A DNA stretch of 16,560 nucleotides from contig JAYVCD010000166.1 in NCBI GenBank assembly GCA_043750125.1, positions 1-16,560 on the forward strand, written 5' to 3'. The stretch is from Archangiaceae bacterium. GTDB lineage: Bacteria > Myxococcota > Myxococcia > Myxococcales > Myxococcaceae. Positions 15,569-16,560 of this stretch are shown here, piece by piece; within the stretch, counting starts at the first letter, position 1, and each line of letters begins with the position of its first letter. The notes below the pieces were generated by a model, which saw nothing but the letters and a program-made list of their open reading frames with translations, was not told where the DNA came from and ran no database searches. The position numbers and the translations under genes are program-made.

Positions 15569-16560
15569 TTAGCCGACGTGGGACATCGCGGTGACCGGCT
15601 TGAGCCGGGCCGCGATGAACGAGGGAATGAGCGAGATCGACGTGACGGCGAGGGTGATGAACGCGATGGCCGTCAGCGCCCACTGCGCGGTGGGAATGAT
15701 GATCAGGTGGTCGCTCATCATGATCATCTGCGCCTCGAGCGGCAGCGGGACCCCTGCCCCGTTGATCACCGCCGAGAGCACCACCCCGGCAAGAGCGCCG
15801 GCGAGCGAGCTCATCGCTCCGAGCAGGAAGCCTTCGGTGAGGAACATCGCGAGCACGCGCAGCCGCTGCATTCCGATCGCCCGCAGGGTGCCGATTTCCC
15901 GCGTCCGTTCCCGAATCGAAATCCACATCACGATCATGATTCCGACCCCGACGATCGCCAGCATCACGATCGCCATGATGAACGAGAGCATGTCCATCAG
16001 GTCGACGGTCCACGACACGAAACTGACTTCGTCTCGCCAGTTGGTCACGTCGAGCTTCTGCCCCGTCCACGCTTCGCGGCTGACGTTCTCGAACTTGAAG
16101 AAGAACGCACGAGGGTCTTCGTCGAGCAGCTCGTACCCTGCTTTGGCGATCGCGAGGCGCAGCCGTTCTTGAACGCTCTTCACTGTCTGAGGGTCGAAGT
16201 GGGTGAGGTACAGCTGCAGCGCCCCGGTCGTGTCGTTGTTGAGCTGGTAGAGGTCGCGCAGCGTCGCCTCATTCATGAAGCTCGAGAACTGACTCATCAA
16301 CCCGACGTTCTTGGCGATCGCGACGATGGTCACATCGACGGTGTTGTTGGTGCCACGCGGCGTGGGGGCCGAGAGCGTGATCTTGTCCCCGACCTTCACC
16401 TCGAGCTCGCGCGCCTGGTCCTCGAACAGCAGCAACGAGTTGGGCAAAGCGAGATCGGCGAGCTTTCCGGACTTGATCACCAGCACGTCTTTGAGGCCCA
16501 GTTCCTGGGTCACGTCGATGCCGCCCAGCCCGAACATCTTGGTGTTGGTGTCGCTGATCG
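15569..16560 (-). CDS. ABC transporter permease, FtsX/MacB/LolE family (5'-partial)
   Basis: SIRERTREIGTLRAIGM...FLTEG motif, C-terminal TM helices ending PSFIAARLKPVTAM. The frame stays open to the window edge (ISDTNTK before M16537). Confidence 0.93.
   Translation of the reverse strand, partial: ISDTNTKMFGLGGIDVTQELGLKDVLVIKSGKLADLALPNSLLLFEDQARELEVKVGDKITLSAPTPRGTNNTVDVTIVAIAKNVGLMSQFSSFMNEATLRDLYQLNNDTTGALQLYLTHFDPQTVKSVQERLRLAIAKAGYELLDEDPRAFFFKFENVSREAWTGQKLDVTNWRDEVSFVSWTVDLMDMLSFIMAIVMLAIVGVGIMIVMWISIRERTREIGTLRAIGMQRLRVLAMFLTEGFLLGAMSSLAGALAGVVLSAVINGAGVPLPLEAQMIMMSDHLIIIPTAQWALTAIAFITLAVTSISLIPSFIAARLKPVTAMSHVG

Overview
This high-GC bacterial window looks myxobacterial, judging by the protein features and a Myxococcus-type LexA box. 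The left third (<1-5233, minus) is one giant lipoprotein of at least 1,744 aa, built from 15 complete ~113-aa Calx-beta/Ig-like tandem repeats plus part of a 16th. The ORF track misses it because its stop lies outside the window. Divergent from it is a GT2 glycosyltransferase-TM-LpxL-type acyltransferase fusion, coupled to a NUDIX hydrolase whose natural frame has an in-frame TAG at codon 14. A minus-strand block follows: recN (with tandem LexA-like boxes), a PP2C phosphatase (own sigma70-like promoter, possibly leaderless), an M23 peptidase, moaC and a secreted WD40 protein. An ISKra4-like IS (13127-14434, 20-bp TIRs) with an apparently internally deleted transposase sits just upstream of the recN operators. 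After it come a decayed ATP-grasp gene remnant, a small lipoprotein gene and the 3' part of a FtsX/LolE-type ABC permease. No clearly novel multi-gene system is proven. The best leads are the giant repeat lipoprotein facing an orphan ApeJ-like GT-acyltransferase, and the amber-interrupted NUDIX gene.
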